Positions 22,014-32,780 of a stretch of DNA of 64,000 bases are shown in pieces (within the stretch, counting starts at the first letter, position 1; every line of letters starts with the position of its first letter). The DNA is from Candidatus Latescibacterota bacterium (GTDB taxonomy: Bacteria; Krumholzibacteriota; Krumholzibacteriia; WVZY01), in NCBI GenBank assembly GCA_963791045.1, contig CAWBQK010000009.1, positions 1 through 64,000 on the forward strand, written 5' to 3'. The translations under genes and the position numbers were made by a program. The notes beneath the pieces are model-generated. The model searched no databases and had not been told where the DNA came from. It worked only from the letters and a program-made list of their open reading frames with translations.

Positions 22014-24347
22014 ATGAGCGAATCGATTAAACGCAAACTGGCAAAACCAATCATGGCCGACCGGGCACACCAGCGCCTCCGCCTGGTGATTAGAGGCGCC
22101 GTCCAGGGGGTCGGATTCCGACCGTTTGTCTATCGCCTTGCCGGCGAACTGAATCTCCCCGGATGGGTATCGAACTCGGCTGGCGGCGTATTCACCGAGG
22201 TTGAAGGCGACCCGGTCGTTTTGGAAAAGTTCCTCGCACGCCTCCAGAATGAGACCCCACCGCGCGCCCACATCCAGAGTATCGATCACACTCTTCTCGA
22301 CACCGTCGGTTACGACGGTTTCGAAATAAGAGAGAGCGATTCGTCCGGCGAGAAGATCGCAGCGGTTCTCCCCGATATCGCGACGTGCCCGGAATGTCTC
22401 GCCGAAATCTTTGACCCGAAAAACCGGCGGCATCGATACCCGTTTACGAACTGCACGAACTGCGGTCCTAGATACAGCATTATCGAGTCACTCCCCTATG
22501 ACCGGCCGAATACGACCATGCGCGGGTTTACAATGTGTCCGGAGTGTCAGTCCGAGTACGATGACCCGTCTGACAGGCGGTTCCACGCGCAACCCAACGC
22601 GTGCCCGGTTTGCGGACCGCGTGTGGAACTATGGAATAGCGACGGCGTTTGTGTTGCGACCAATGGCGACGCGATTGCAAAAGTCGTGGAGGCGATCCGC
22701 GGCGGCGCCGTGGTGGCCCTCAAGGGTATTGGCGGATTTCATCTTGTCGTCGACGCACGCAACGATGAGGCGATTCAACGGCTGCGCGAGCGAAAACACC
22801 GGGATGAAAAGCCCCTCGCGCTCATGTACCCGACTGTCGAGATGGTAACCCTTCATTGCATGGTCTCCGACACGGAAAAGCGACTACTCGAATCGCCCGA
22901 AACGCCGATTGTTCTGCTCGAACGATTTCCCGACGCGCCCGTCGCCGGTTCGATTGCGCCGGGAAATCCGTATATTGGTGCGATGCTCCCGTATACGCCG
23001 CTGCACCACATCCTCATGCGCGATCTGGGCACGCCGGTTGTCGCAACGAGCGGCAACCTGTCCGAAGAGCCGATATGCATCGATGAAAAAGATGTTCTCG
23101 AAAGACTCGGAGCTATCGCGGACCTGTTTCTCGTTCACAATCGACCGATAACACGACACGTCGACGACTCGGTAACCCGCGTCGTCTCGGAGCGTGTCAT
23201 GGTTCTCCGGCGCGCGCGCGGATACGCCCCGCTTCCCGTGCTGCTTTCTAAACCGTCTAAAGGGACGACGCTCGCCGTCGGCGGACATCTCAAAAACACC
23301 GTCGCGCTCGCCGTCGGCGACCATGTCTTTTTGAGCCAACACGTCGGAGACATGTCGACCCAGGCGGCGTTTGGCGCTTTCGAAAGAATCACCGCCGACT
23401 TGCAGCGGCTCTACGATGTGACCGCCGATCGGGTCGTCTGTGATTCCCACCCCGACTACAAGACAACGCGGTACGCGACAGGGCTGTCAGCCAAATCCAT
23501 GACCGTACAGCACCATTTCGCGCATGTGTTTTCTTGTATGGCGGAAAATGAATTGGAGCCGCCCATCCTGGGCATATCCTGGGACGGCACCGGTTATGGT
23601 GATGACGGGACGGTGTGGGGCGGCGAATTCTTGAAGGTAACACCGGATTCACTCGAGCGCGCCGGTCATCTCAGGACGTTTCGGCTCCCCGGCGGTGAAA
23701 AGGCCATCCGCGAACCCCGCCGGGCGGCGCTCGGGCTTCTGCACGAGATTTTTGGCGATGACGTCTTTGACATGGACATCGTCCGCCCGGTCCACACATT
23801 TTCACAAAAAGACCGGCAAGTGCTGCAAACGATGCTGAACAAGAATCTCAATTCTCCCGTGACATCCAGCGCCGGGAGGCTTTTCGACGCCGTTGCGTCG
23901 ATCATCGGAATCCGCCACGAGGCAAATTACGAGGGACAAGCCGCGATGGAGCTCGAGTTTGCTCTCTCTGGGGCACGGACGAAGGAAAGTTATACTTTTG
24001 AAATGATCGAAGAGGATGGGCGGATCATCGCCGACTGGGAGTCGATGATCAGAGGCGTTCTCGACGACTTGGGGAAATCGGTGGCGCCGTCCGTCATTTC
24101 GGCCAGATTTCACAATACACTCGCTGAAATCATCGACTGGACCGCCATCGAACTGGGCGAACCGCGCGTCGTCCTGACCGGCGGATGTTTTCAGAACCGG
24201 TATCTTGCTGAAGAAGTTATACTGAGACTCCGGACGTCAGGACTCAAACCGTACTGGCACCAGCGAATCCCGACCAACGACGGCGGAATCGCACTCGGGC
24301 AAATCGCCGCGGCGGCATATTTCGACAACAGGAGTAACAAAAGCTGA
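22014..24347 (+). CDS. hypF: Carbamoyltransferase HypF
   Basis: GAVQGVGFRPF, CTNCGPRY, RRFHAQPNACPVCGP, QHHFAH, DGTGYG, NDGGIALGQ. Confidence 0.97.
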   Translation: MSESIKRKLAKPIMADRAHQRLRLVIRGAVQGVGFRPFVYRLAGELNLPGWVSNSAGGVFTEVEGDPVVLEKFLARLQNETPPRAHIQSIDHTLLDTVGYDGFEIRESDSSGEKIAAVLPDIATCPECLAEIFDPKNRRHRYPFTNCTNCGPRYSIIESLPYDRPNTTMRGFTMCPECQSEYDDPSDRRFHAQPNACPVCGPRVELWNSDGVCVATNGDAIAKVVEAIRGGAVVALKGIGGFHLVVDARNDEAIQRLRERKHRDEKPLALMYPTVEMVTLHCMVSDTEKRLLESPETPIVLLERFPDAPVAGSIAPGNPYIGAMLPYTPLHHILMRDLGTPVVATSGNLSEEPICIDEKDVLERLGAIADLFLVHNRPITRHVDDSVTRVVSERVMVLRRARGYAPLPVLLSKPSKGTTLAVGGHLKNTVALAVGDHVFLSQHVGDMSTQAAFGAFERITADLQRLYDVTADRVVCDSHPDYKTTRYATGLSAKSMTVQHHFAHVFSCMAENELEPPILGISWDGTGYGDDGTVWGGEFLKVTPDSLERAGHLRTFRLPGGEKAIREPRRAALGLLHEIFGDDVFDMDIVRPVHTFSQKDRQVLQTMLNKNLNSPVTSSAGRLFDAVASIIGIRHEANYEGQAAMELEFALSGARTKESYTFEMIEEDGRIIADWESMIRGVLDDLGKSVAPSVISARFHNTLAEIIDWTAIELGEPRVVLTGGCFQNRYLAEEVILRLRTSGLKPYWHQRIPTNDGGIALGQIAAAAYFDNRSNKS

Positions 24348-24598
24348 TGTGTCTCGCAGTTCCAGGGAAAATTACGGAAATCAGCGAAGGCGACGAACTG
24401 AACCGTCTGGGCAAAGTTGATTTCGGCGGCGTGGCCAAAGAAATCAATTTGTCGTTCGTCCCCGAGGCCAAACCGGGTGATTACGTTCTTGTCCACGCCG
24501 GTTTCGCGCTGAACACAATCGATGAAACCGAAGCGGCACGCGTCTTCGAGTACCTCAAAGAAATCGAAGAGCTCGGTGAGTTGGAGGACCCGGATTGA
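24347..24598 (+). CDS. hypC: Hydrogenase assembly chaperone HypC
   Basis: [18 protein letters not shown]. Confidence 0.97.
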   Translation: MCLAVPGKITEISEGDELNRLGKVDFGGVAKEINLSFVPEAKPGDYVLVHAGFALNTIDETEAARVFEYLKEIEELGELEDPD

Positions 24599-25701
24599 TG
24601 AAGTTCATGGACGAGTACCGTGACGCCGACGCCGTCCGTGTTCTTGCCGACCGGCTCGAAAAGATCACGACCCAACCGTGGACGCTCATGGAGGTGTGCG
24701 GCGGGCAGACCCACGCCATCGTCCGCTTCGGACTCGACGAACTTTTACCCGAGAATGTCACGCTCGTTCACGGGCCGGGATGCCCGGTGTGCGTCACACC
24801 GGTCGAGCTAATCGACAAGGCTATCGAGATTGCCTCCCGCCCCAACGTCATTTTTTGTTCGTTCGGCGACATGATCCGCGTCCCGGGTTCGGCCGAGAAT
24901 CTTTTTTCCGTCAAGGCGAAGGGCGCCGACGTCCGCATTGTCTATTCCCCGCTCGACGCGCTCAAGCTGGCCGAGAACAACCCCGACAAAGAGGTCGTTT
25001 TCTTCGCCATCGGATTCGAGACGACCGCACCGGCAAACGCGATGGCCGTCTACCAGGCCCATCGGCGGCAGGTCGGAAATTTCTCAATCCTTGTGTCGCA
25101 AGTGCTCGTCCCCCCCGCGATCGAAGCGATACTCTCCTCGCCAAACAACCGGGTCCGCGGTTTTCTCGCGGCGGGGCACGTGTGCGCGGTGATGGGTTAC
25201 GATGAATACGCCCCGCTCGCTAAAAAATACAGTGTCCCGATCGTGGTCACAGGGTTCGAACCGCTCGACATTCTCCAGGGCGTGTACATGTGCGTCAAAC
25301 AGCTCGAGGAAGGCCGCACCGAGGTGCAAAACTCCTACGCTCGCGCCGTACAACACGAGGGCAACACGAATGCCCAAAAGCTCATCAACAATATTTTCTG
25401 TGTGATCAACCGCAAGTGGCGCGGGATAGGAGAAATCCCATCGAGCGGCCTCGGGCTCCGGGATGAATATGCCGCATTCGACGCTGAAAAACGTTTTGGC
25501 GTTGCCGACGCGGCCGTCGAAGAACCGTCCGAGTGCGTGAGCGGTTTGATTCTCCAGGGAATCATGAAACCGTCCGAGTGCCCCGTGTTTGGCACACGAT
25601 GCACACCCGACCACCCATTCGGAGCGACGATGGTGTCGTCCGAGGGCGCCTGTGCCGCCTATTATCGTTATCGTCGCCTGGAGAACAAGGAGTCGAAGTG
25701 A
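24598..25701 (+). CDS. hypD: Hydrogenase formation protein HypD
   Basis: [36 protein letters not shown]. Confidence 0.97.
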   Translation: MKFMDEYRDADAVRVLADRLEKITTQPWTLMEVCGGQTHAIVRFGLDELLPENVTLVHGPGCPVCVTPVELIDKAIEIASRPNVIFCSFGDMIRVPGSAENLFSVKAKGADVRIVYSPLDALKLAENNPDKEVVFFAIGFETTAPANAMAVYQAHRRQVGNFSILVSQVLVPPAIEAILSSPNNRVRGFLAAGHVCAVMGYDEYAPLAKKYSVPIVVTGFEPLDILQGVYMCVKQLEEGRTEVQNSYARAVQHEGNTNAQKLINNIFCVINRKWRGIGEIPSSGLGLRDEYAAFDAEKRFGVADAAVEEPSECVSGLILQGIMKPSECPVFGTRCTPDHPFGATMVSSEGACAAYYRYRRLENKESK

Positions 25702-26762
25702 CCGGCAAAGACGATCAGAAGGATTTTTCCCTCTCGTGCCCCATTCCGATCACCGAGTATCCCCACATCGTCCTCGGACACGGGGGCGGCGGGACGCTCT
25801 CACACACATTGATCGAGAAAATGTTCGTTCCGGCGTTCGGCAACCCCTATCTCGACGCGCGGCACGACGGTGCGGTGTTCGATGTCGATAAGTCGAAGCT
25901 CGCGTTTACGACAGACTCGTACGTGGTCCGCCCCATATTTTTCCCCGGCGGCGATATCGGTTCGCTCGCCATAAACGGCACGGTCAACGACCTCGCGATG
26001 TGCGGCGCCCGGCCCCTTTATCTCAGCGCGGGGTTCGTGCTCGAAGAAGGTTTGCAAATGGAAGCATTGTGGCGGGTCGTCCGTTCGATGGCCGACGCCG
26101 CGAAAATAGCCGGTGTATCGATCGTGACCGGTGACACCAAAGTGGTCGACAAGGGCAAGGGAGATCAGATTTTTATAAACACCGCCGGTGTCGGTGTTCT
26201 CGAAAGCCCGCGGCCAATGACGCCTCAGAATGTCCGCGCCGGTGACGTTGTGCTCATAAGCGGAGATATCGGCCGTCACGGGATGGCGATCATGGCCAGG
26301 CGCGAGGGCCTCGAGTTCGAGACGACCATCGAGAGCGATTGCGCACCGCTCGCGGATCTTGTGATGAAACTGATCGCCGAAGAACTTGACATACATTGCC
26401 TGCGTGATCTTACGAGAGGCGGACTTGCAAGTGCCGTAATTGAGATAGCGGAGAGTGCGGGCTTGCAGATAGATCTCGACGAGAGAGAAATTCTTGTTTC
26501 CGATCCGGTCCGGGCCGCATGCGAGGTTCTCGGACTCGATCCGATCTACGTGGCAAATGAAGGGCGCTTTGTCGCGTTTGTTCCAAAGGAACACGCCGAC
26601 CGCGCCCTCAATATTATGCGCGAACACAAAGAAGGACGAGACGCCCGATGCATAGGTGAAGTCGTCGATGGACGAACGGGCCTTGTAACCATCCGGACCC
26701 AGATCGGAACCCGTGGGATCGTCGATATGTTGAGCGGCGATCAGCTTCCCCGAATCTGTTAG
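25698..26762 (+). CDS. hypE: Hydrogenase expression/formation protein HypE
   Basis: [28 protein letters not shown]-terminal PRIC. Confidence 0.97.
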   Translation: MTGKDDQKDFSLSCPIPITEYPHIVLGHGGGGTLSHTLIEKMFVPAFGNPYLDARHDGAVFDVDKSKLAFTTDSYVVRPIFFPGGDIGSLAINGTVNDLAMCGARPLYLSAGFVLEEGLQMEALWRVVRSMADAAKIAGVSIVTGDTKVVDKGKGDQIFINTAGVGVLESPRPMTPQNVRAGDVVLISGDIGRHGMAIMARREGLEFETTIESDCAPLADLVMKLIAEELDIHCLRDLTRGGLASAVIEIAESAGLQIDLDEREILVSDPVRAACEVLGLDPIYVANEGRFVAFVPKEHADRALNIMREHKEGRDARCIGEVVDGRTGLVTIRTQIGTRGIVDMLSGDQLPRIC

Positions 26763-27118
26763 ACCCATTCGCACACCCGCACGTATACAAGCTGCACGTT
26801 TTCTCCCGCATGCGAATTTTTTCGGCGGCGGAGCTGATTTCACAAATTCCTCGCATTGACGCAAAATCCCCAAGAAATATTTTTGGATTCGCATGATTTT
26901 TTTTGTGCCCGATCGTGCCTCTTGATTTCGGGTGCTTTCCCGTGATTTCCAAAAAACAGCACATCGAAATCACGCCGGGGCCGCATCGCCAGAAAGGCGC
27001 AAAAAGTGTGGTAAAATTATATGTGATTTATAGTTACATCAGGGGTTGATTTTGAACGATCCGGTTAAATATACAACTCAAAAATGAAAGATCCTGTCTT
27101 CGCAAGGAGGTCGTGATC

Positions 27119-29488
27119 ATGTCACGGACATTGATCATGATTGGCATCGTTGGTCTTTTTCTTCTCGCCATGAACAACAGCGCGGTGGCCGTGGAATGGG
27201 CGACGGACGGAACCGCAATTTGTTCGACACCCGAACAACAACGCAAACCACGGATCGTATCCGACGACGCGGGCGGCTCGATCATCGTATGGGAAGACAA
27301 TCGTGGTGGCGAGTATGACATCTATGCACAGCGCGTTGATGATCTGGGAAATCCATTGTGGACAGCGGAAGGTATCGCGGTCTGTGAATATTCGGGAAGC
27401 CAGCGCTATCCCGATGTTGCTTCCGATGGGGCGGGCGGCGCGTTCGTGGTGTGGTCCGATTACCGAAGCGAATGGACATACGATATCTATGCGCAGCGGA
27501 TAAACGCTGCCGGTGAAGTTCAGTGGACGACCGGCGGTATCGCCATCTGCACGGCGGATGACTACCAGTACGATCCATCGGTGATCGGCGACGAGGTCGG
27601 CGGGGCTATCTTCTTGTGGGATGATTATAGAAGCCTTGAGAGCTATGACGTGTACGCACAGCGGGTGAACGGTGCGGGCGCCATCCTGTGGACGTCCGAC
27701 GGCATTGCCGTGTGTGCCGCAACGGGAAGTCAGTATCATACCGACACGATCGCCGACGGACTGGGCGGCGTGATCGCGGTCTGGTCCGATTACCGAAACG
27801 GGTCGACGGACACCAATGTGTATGCGCAGTGGATCGACAACCTTGGTGTCGCACAGTGGACGGCCGATGGCGTGGGAATTTCCACGGCGGCGGGCTCACA
27901 AAAGGATCCGGGAATGGCGTCGGACGGATCGGGAGGCGCAATCATTGGTTGGGTCGATTACCGCGGCGGCGTTTCGGATATTTATGCACAGAGAATCACC
28001 GCGGCCGGAACCCCTCAGTGGACGACTGACGGCATCCCGGTTTGCGCGGCGGAAGATTACCAGACGTTGGTCCGCACCGTTGGCGACGGCTCGGGCGGCG
28101 CCGTATTTTCGTGGACGGATGCGAGGGGGGTCGGCAAGGACATCTACGCGCAGCGGACCGACGGATCGGGTTCGCTACTCTGGACTGCCGATGGAGTCAC
28201 AATAACATCGGCGCAAAACGACCAGACCGAACCCGTCATGCTCCCCGACGGGACCGGCGGCGCGACAATCGTGTGGCAGGACATGAGGTCGGGATCGGCG
28301 AATGATATCTACGCCCAGCACGTCAACGGTTCGGGCGGCGTGGATTGGGCAAGCGACGGAGTCGCGTTGACGGCGGCGGCGTACAACCAGTCGTATCCGG
28401 CGGTCACCTCCGACGGCGAGGGGGGCGCCTTTGTTGCCTGGGAGGATCTGCGAAACAGCAATCTCGATATCTACGCTCAGCGGGTGATGAATACGGGACA
28501 TGTCGGCGGCCCCGCGCCGACGATTGCCCTCGTGCAAGACCTTCCCTACGATCAGGGCGGCTATATACAGCTCATGTGGTACCCGAGTCCGTTCGACGTC
28601 GCCCCCAACACCGAAATAACGCACTACACCGTGTGGCGCGGCTTCTCCGTTCCCGCAAGCCCGTCGTCGACAAAACCAGACGGGGATTCCGAGGTCGGGA
28701 TTCAACCGGCCACCGCACAATACACGTGGGAATCGGTCGAAAGCGTCCCCGCGCAAAATCTCGTCGCGTATCTGCGAATTATTTCAAGTCCGATCGATTC
28801 GACGCACTCGGACACCGGGTGGCAGTACTTCAAGATATCGGCGCACACCGCCCTCCCGTCCGTTTATTACGAGTCGTCCGTCGACAGCGGTTATTCGGCC
28901 GACAACCTCCCGCCCATCATCCCGCAGAGTTTCTCCGTCGCTTACAACACGGGCGACGGCAATCAGCTCTCATGGGATGCGCCGCCTGATGGCGATCTGG
29001 ATCATTATACGGTCTACCGCGGGACGACCGCTGATTTCATGCCGACACCCGAGGATATCGTCAAGACGACCTCTTCACTCTTCTGGACGGACCCGGATCA
29101 CGATGATCCGATGGTCCATTACAAGGTGAGCGCGTCGGACATAACAGGGAACGAAAGCGTTCCAACAGCGCCGACCACGGCGACGGGAATTGCCAACCGG
29201 TCGACAGGGGAAGCATTCTCGCTCCACGACGCCGTCCCAAATCCGTTCAATCCCACCACACGAATCGAGTTCGACGTCGCCCGTCAGGGATTCGTGTCGC
29301 TTCGGATCTACGATGCCCTGGGGCGCCATGTATCCACGCTCGTGGACGGTGACCTGCCGCCGGGCCGGCACCAGCGCACGTGGAACGGGACGAACAACGC
29401 AGGACAACGCGTCGCGACGGGTGTCTATTTCTACAAGATGAAGACAGGCGGTTTTACAAAAACCAGAAGAATGGTCCTCTTAAAATAA
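27119..29488 (+). CDS. Secreted repeat protein: 8 x ~55-aa repeats (putative beta-propeller), Fn3-like region, C-terminal FlgD-Ig/T9SS-like domain
   Basis: Signal peptide; repeats W(T)xDGxxxC...DGxGGxxxxWxDxR...DIYAQR; C-terminus PNPFNPTT...GVYFY...RMVLLK. Confidence 0.8.
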   Translation: MSRTLIMIGIVGLFLLAMNNSAVAVEWATDGTAICSTPEQQRKPRIVSDDAGGSIIVWEDNRGGEYDIYAQRVDDLGNPLWTAEGIAVCEYSGSQRYPDVASDGAGGAFVVWSDYRSEWTYDIYAQRINAAGEVQWTTGGIAICTADDYQYDPSVIGDEVGGAIFLWDDYRSLESYDVYAQRVNGAGAILWTSDGIAVCAATGSQYHTDTIADGLGGVIAVWSDYRNGSTDTNVYAQWIDNLGVAQWTADGVGISTAAGSQKDPGMASDGSGGAIIGWVDYRGGVSDIYAQRITAAGTPQWTTDGIPVCAAEDYQTLVRTVGDGSGGAVFSWTDARGVGKDIYAQRTDGSGSLLWTADGVTITSAQNDQTEPVMLPDGTGGATIVWQDMRSGSANDIYAQHVNGSGGVDWASDGVALTAAAYNQSYPAVTSDGEGGAFVAWEDLRNSNLDIYAQRVMNTGHVGGPAPTIALVQDLPYDQGGYIQLMWYPSPFDVAPNTEITHYTVWRGFSVPASPSSTKPDGDSEVGIQPATAQYTWESVESVPAQNLVAYLRIISSPIDSTHSDTGWQYFKISAHTALPSVYYESSVDSGYSADNLPPIIPQSFSVAYNTGDGNQLSWDAPPDGDLDHYTVYRGTTADFMPTPEDIVKTTSSLFWTDPDHDDPMVHYKVSASDITGNESVPTAPTTATGIANRSTGEAFSLHDAVPNPFNPTTRIEFDVARQGFVSLRIYDALGRHVSTLVDGDLPPGRHQRTWNGTNNAGQRVATGVYFYKMKTGGFTKTRRMVLLK

Positions 29489-29538
29489 TGTTTCGGGCGT
29501 ATTTCCCGCGGCTGCCGTGATGTGGTAGAATGTGCGCC

Positions 29539-31224
29539 ATGGCGCCATCACGAAATCCTCGCTCCAACAATGCCCTCTCCGCGGCGGTCTTGATCGCCGC
29601 CGCCGTGGGCCTTTTCGTTGGCTGGAAACTCTTCTGGTTTTTGACGGACGACGCGTACATCGCGTTTCGCTACGTGAGCAACAGCCTCGCCGGGCATGGA
29701 TATGTGTGGAATGCGCCACCGTTCCGACCGGTCGAGGGGTACACGAGTTTTTTGTGGGTGTGGATTCTCGACACTGTGTGGCGAGTCTTCAAGGTGCCGC
29801 CTCCCGCCGCGGCGAACTGGCTTTCGCTGTTCTTTACTTATCTCAACCTTGTCCTTGTTGCCGCAATCGTCCACCGGCTGTCATGGCCCGGCAACCTTAA
29901 ACCCTTCAAGACGCTCTTTCTTTTTCTTTGCTTTGTCTTTCTTTTGACCAACCGGTCGTTCCTCGCCTGGTCGAGTTCGGGACTCGAAACGGCGCTCTTT
30001 TGCGTCCTCGTCACCGCGTGGGTCTACGCGTGTCTCTATGCGAAATCAAAGTGGCGCCTCGCGCTCGTAAGCTTCTCCGCTTCGATGCTCACGCTTACGC
30101 GTCCCGACGGCCTCCTCTTTATCGCCGCGTCGTTTGTGTTGTTCGCCGTGTCTTACATAAAACGAGACCCCCGAAGCGCCCGGCGAATACTCCTCTCGGC
30201 GCTGCCGTTAGCGATCGTCGTGCTTCATCTCTTGTGGCGCCGGCACACGTACGGCGAGTGGCTTCCCAACACCTATTTCGCGAAATCAGTTTCGATGTGG
30301 CCGGCGAGCGGGTTCCGTTACGCCGGATCGTTCGTTCTCGAGTACGGGCTCTGGTTGTGGGCGGTTGTTCTCGCCGCGGCGGCGTATGTTGCTTTCATAA
30401 AGAAAGGAAGGTCACGGGGGCAACAAGATTCAACCGGTGTCCTGACCGGCCGGCGGGCCGTGCTCGCCCTTGTCGTCGTCACGCTCATCGCCCACGTGGG
30501 GTACTACACAATTGTTATCGGCGGAGATCACTTCGAGTACCGGGTGTACAACCATATCATTCCGTTTATCTTTGTGTCGTTTCTCGCGGCACTGTTCGCT
30601 CTCGGCCGCGGTATTCGCACATCCGTCGCGCTCGCCGTCCTGATGATCCTCGTCAGCCTGCCCGTCCAATGGACGCACTGGGCTCTGACGCACAATCTCA
30701 ACACACGCAAACAAACCTACGTAATGGTGGTTCCGATCGCGCAACACTGGCCCGGCGTGTTCCGGTGGTATGCCAAACTCTTTGACGACGCCCAGAGCTG
30801 GCTCATCCCGCATCATGTCTGCATGCGTCATCAGGAGCACAAGATATTCCATGAGTTTATGATCGGCGCGTACCCGGACCGCGAGGAGGGCGGGCGAATC
30901 GCGGGCGATGAGTATCCGGTGTATCTTTGTACGACCGTGGGCGTTCCCGGGTGGGTGCTGCCAAACGTCAACATTCTCGACAAATTCGGGCTCAATGACT
31001 ACGTGATCGCGCGGATGCCCGTGGCCGAATCGCAGTTCCGGATGATGGCGCACGACCGCCGCGCGCCGCTTGACTATATTGACGGATTCTCGCCCAACGT
31101 TGAGCTTTTGAATGGAAAAGTAACGATCGTGCGTCGCGAACACGCGCTCACGCCCGAAAAGATTGTCGAGCACGAACGTTTCTGGTGGAAATCGGTCAAG
31201 GATCGGCGCGTCGTACCCAGATAG
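29539..31224 (+). CDS. GT-C-type membrane glycosyltransferase (AftB-like)
   Basis: TDDAYIAFRY...G.G.VWN...VEGYTS, GLET, TRPDG, LPNTYFAK; many TM segments. Confidence 0.7.
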   Translation: MAPSRNPRSNNALSAAVLIAAAVGLFVGWKLFWFLTDDAYIAFRYVSNSLAGHGYVWNAPPFRPVEGYTSFLWVWILDTVWRVFKVPPPAAANWLSLFFTYLNLVLVAAIVHRLSWPGNLKPFKTLFLFLCFVFLLTNRSFLAWSSSGLETALFCVLVTAWVYACLYAKSKWRLALVSFSASMLTLTRPDGLLFIAASFVLFAVSYIKRDPRSARRILLSALPLAIVVLHLLWRRHTYGEWLPNTYFAKSVSMWPASGFRYAGSFVLEYGLWLWAVVLAAAAYVAFIKKGRSRGQQDSTGVLTGRRAVLALVVVTLIAHVGYYTIVIGGDHFEYRVYNHIIPFIFVSFLAALFALGRGIRTSVALAVLMILVSLPVQWTHWALTHNLNTRKQTYVMVVPIAQHWPGVFRWYAKLFDDAQSWLIPHHVCMRHQEHKIFHEFMIGAYPDREEGGRIAGDEYPVYLCTTVGVPGWVLPNVNILDKFGLNDYVIARMPVAESQFRMMAHDRRAPLDYIDGFSPNVELLNGKVTIVRREHALTPEKIVEHERFWWKSVKDRRVVPR

Positions 31225-32780
31225 TGTATCCCCTCCCCACAAGTCCCTTCGAATAGTACGCCGAAATATACTCTCGCACCCTGTAGAAATCGGCCGTCGT
31301 GTCTTCTCCCCCCACCCACGGTTTGTGGCTGATGATTTCTATGATAAAGCGGGGGCTTGCTTCTTCGAGGTTTTCGATGAATCGGTCGCGCAATCCCCTG
31401 ATATACGGGTTCGAAATATGATGATAAAAATGGAAATCATATACAAAGGGCGTAGCAACTTCGGCACGCGCGATCAACATCGCGTGGAGCGCACCCCCGG
31501 TCCAGTCGAGGGGCTGAACGCGATCACCCGGCCTCAGGTTTCTCTCAAGGAAGGCCGCGATCTGATCGACCCGACCACCCATCGGCGCGGGGATTTCAGA
31601 GCCGCTGAACCGATATTTGAATTCGCGCGGCACCCGGACTGTCAGGGCGACCACACCAACGAGAACGAGGATGGGGATCAGTTTTTTTATAAAGTGTCCC
31701 CGCGATTTTTGTTCGGCAAAACAAAGCGCGCCCAGCTGGATAACAAAATAGAAAAACGGGATCCAGTGATAACGCCAGAACTTGCCCGCCAGAACCGTAT
31801 AAAAACTGTAGGCGAGCGCGAGAAGCGCGACGAACACCACACGTCGTCTCGTGTCCGAATCCGGACGAATCAGAAGGACACCGCTCAACAGACCAAAGAG
31901 CCCGGCGACAAGCCACAGGCGCTGGTGTCCAAAAACAAAAAAGTTGGAGATGAGATATCCGACGCGCTCGCCTCCGGAAATCGTTTCGTGGACGCCGCTC
32001 AGGTTTGTGTAGAGCGGCCAGTAGTTGACCGCTATGTCCATGAAGGACGACAGCGCGCCGATACTCCAGAGATGTACGAGACTGATCAAAAACGGTAGCG
32101 CAAACCCGGCGAGCGAGAGCAGGACCAAACCGGACCATTTCCCTTCCGGCGCTGTCGTCACGTTTTTTGATTTCAAGAAGAACGAAAATAAAAACAACGG
32201 GGAAGCCCACCGCGGCCTGGGTTTTGACAATTGCCGCCATTCCAAAAAGGAACCCCGTCAAAAACCCTTTGAGGCCCGGGCGCATCAGGGGGCGCGACAT
32301 CGCGACGAAGACGGATCCCGCGATTGGCAGCAGGATGAGAAACTCCCGCTGCAAACTGGTCATCGGGCCTTCTCCCATGTACCAGATCCCAAACACAACG
32401 GCCCCACACCACGCGACAAGACGGCCAAACCCTTTCATCCAGAACCAGGTAATGGTGAGGATCGCCGACAGGCACAACAGGTCGGCGATTCTGAAACCGA
32501 GATCGTTGTACGCCGAGAAGAAACGCCCAAGGAACCCATAGGCGTAATACGCCCCGGGCATATTCATGTCGAAAACATCTTTGTAGGGCACGTAGTTCAG
32601 GTGCTCGATCAGATATGTGATGTACAACATGATCGGCGAGTCATGCTGCATTCTCCAGCGAAGCGACATCACCGCCGCCGCCACAAACACAAGCGTGGCG
32701 ACACTGAGCACAACCGCGAGCGATCGCTTCCTGATAATTGATGTGGTTGGCGTCGAAGTCACAATCCGTTTCCGTTTCAT
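31196..32780 (-). CDS. GT-C/ArnT-like membrane glycosyltransferase (frameshift ~32130)
   Basis: HD...PYKDVFDMNMPG, multiple TMs, GKFWRYHW; split over two frames; start overlaps the upstream sulfatase stop (ATGA). Confidence 0.6.
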
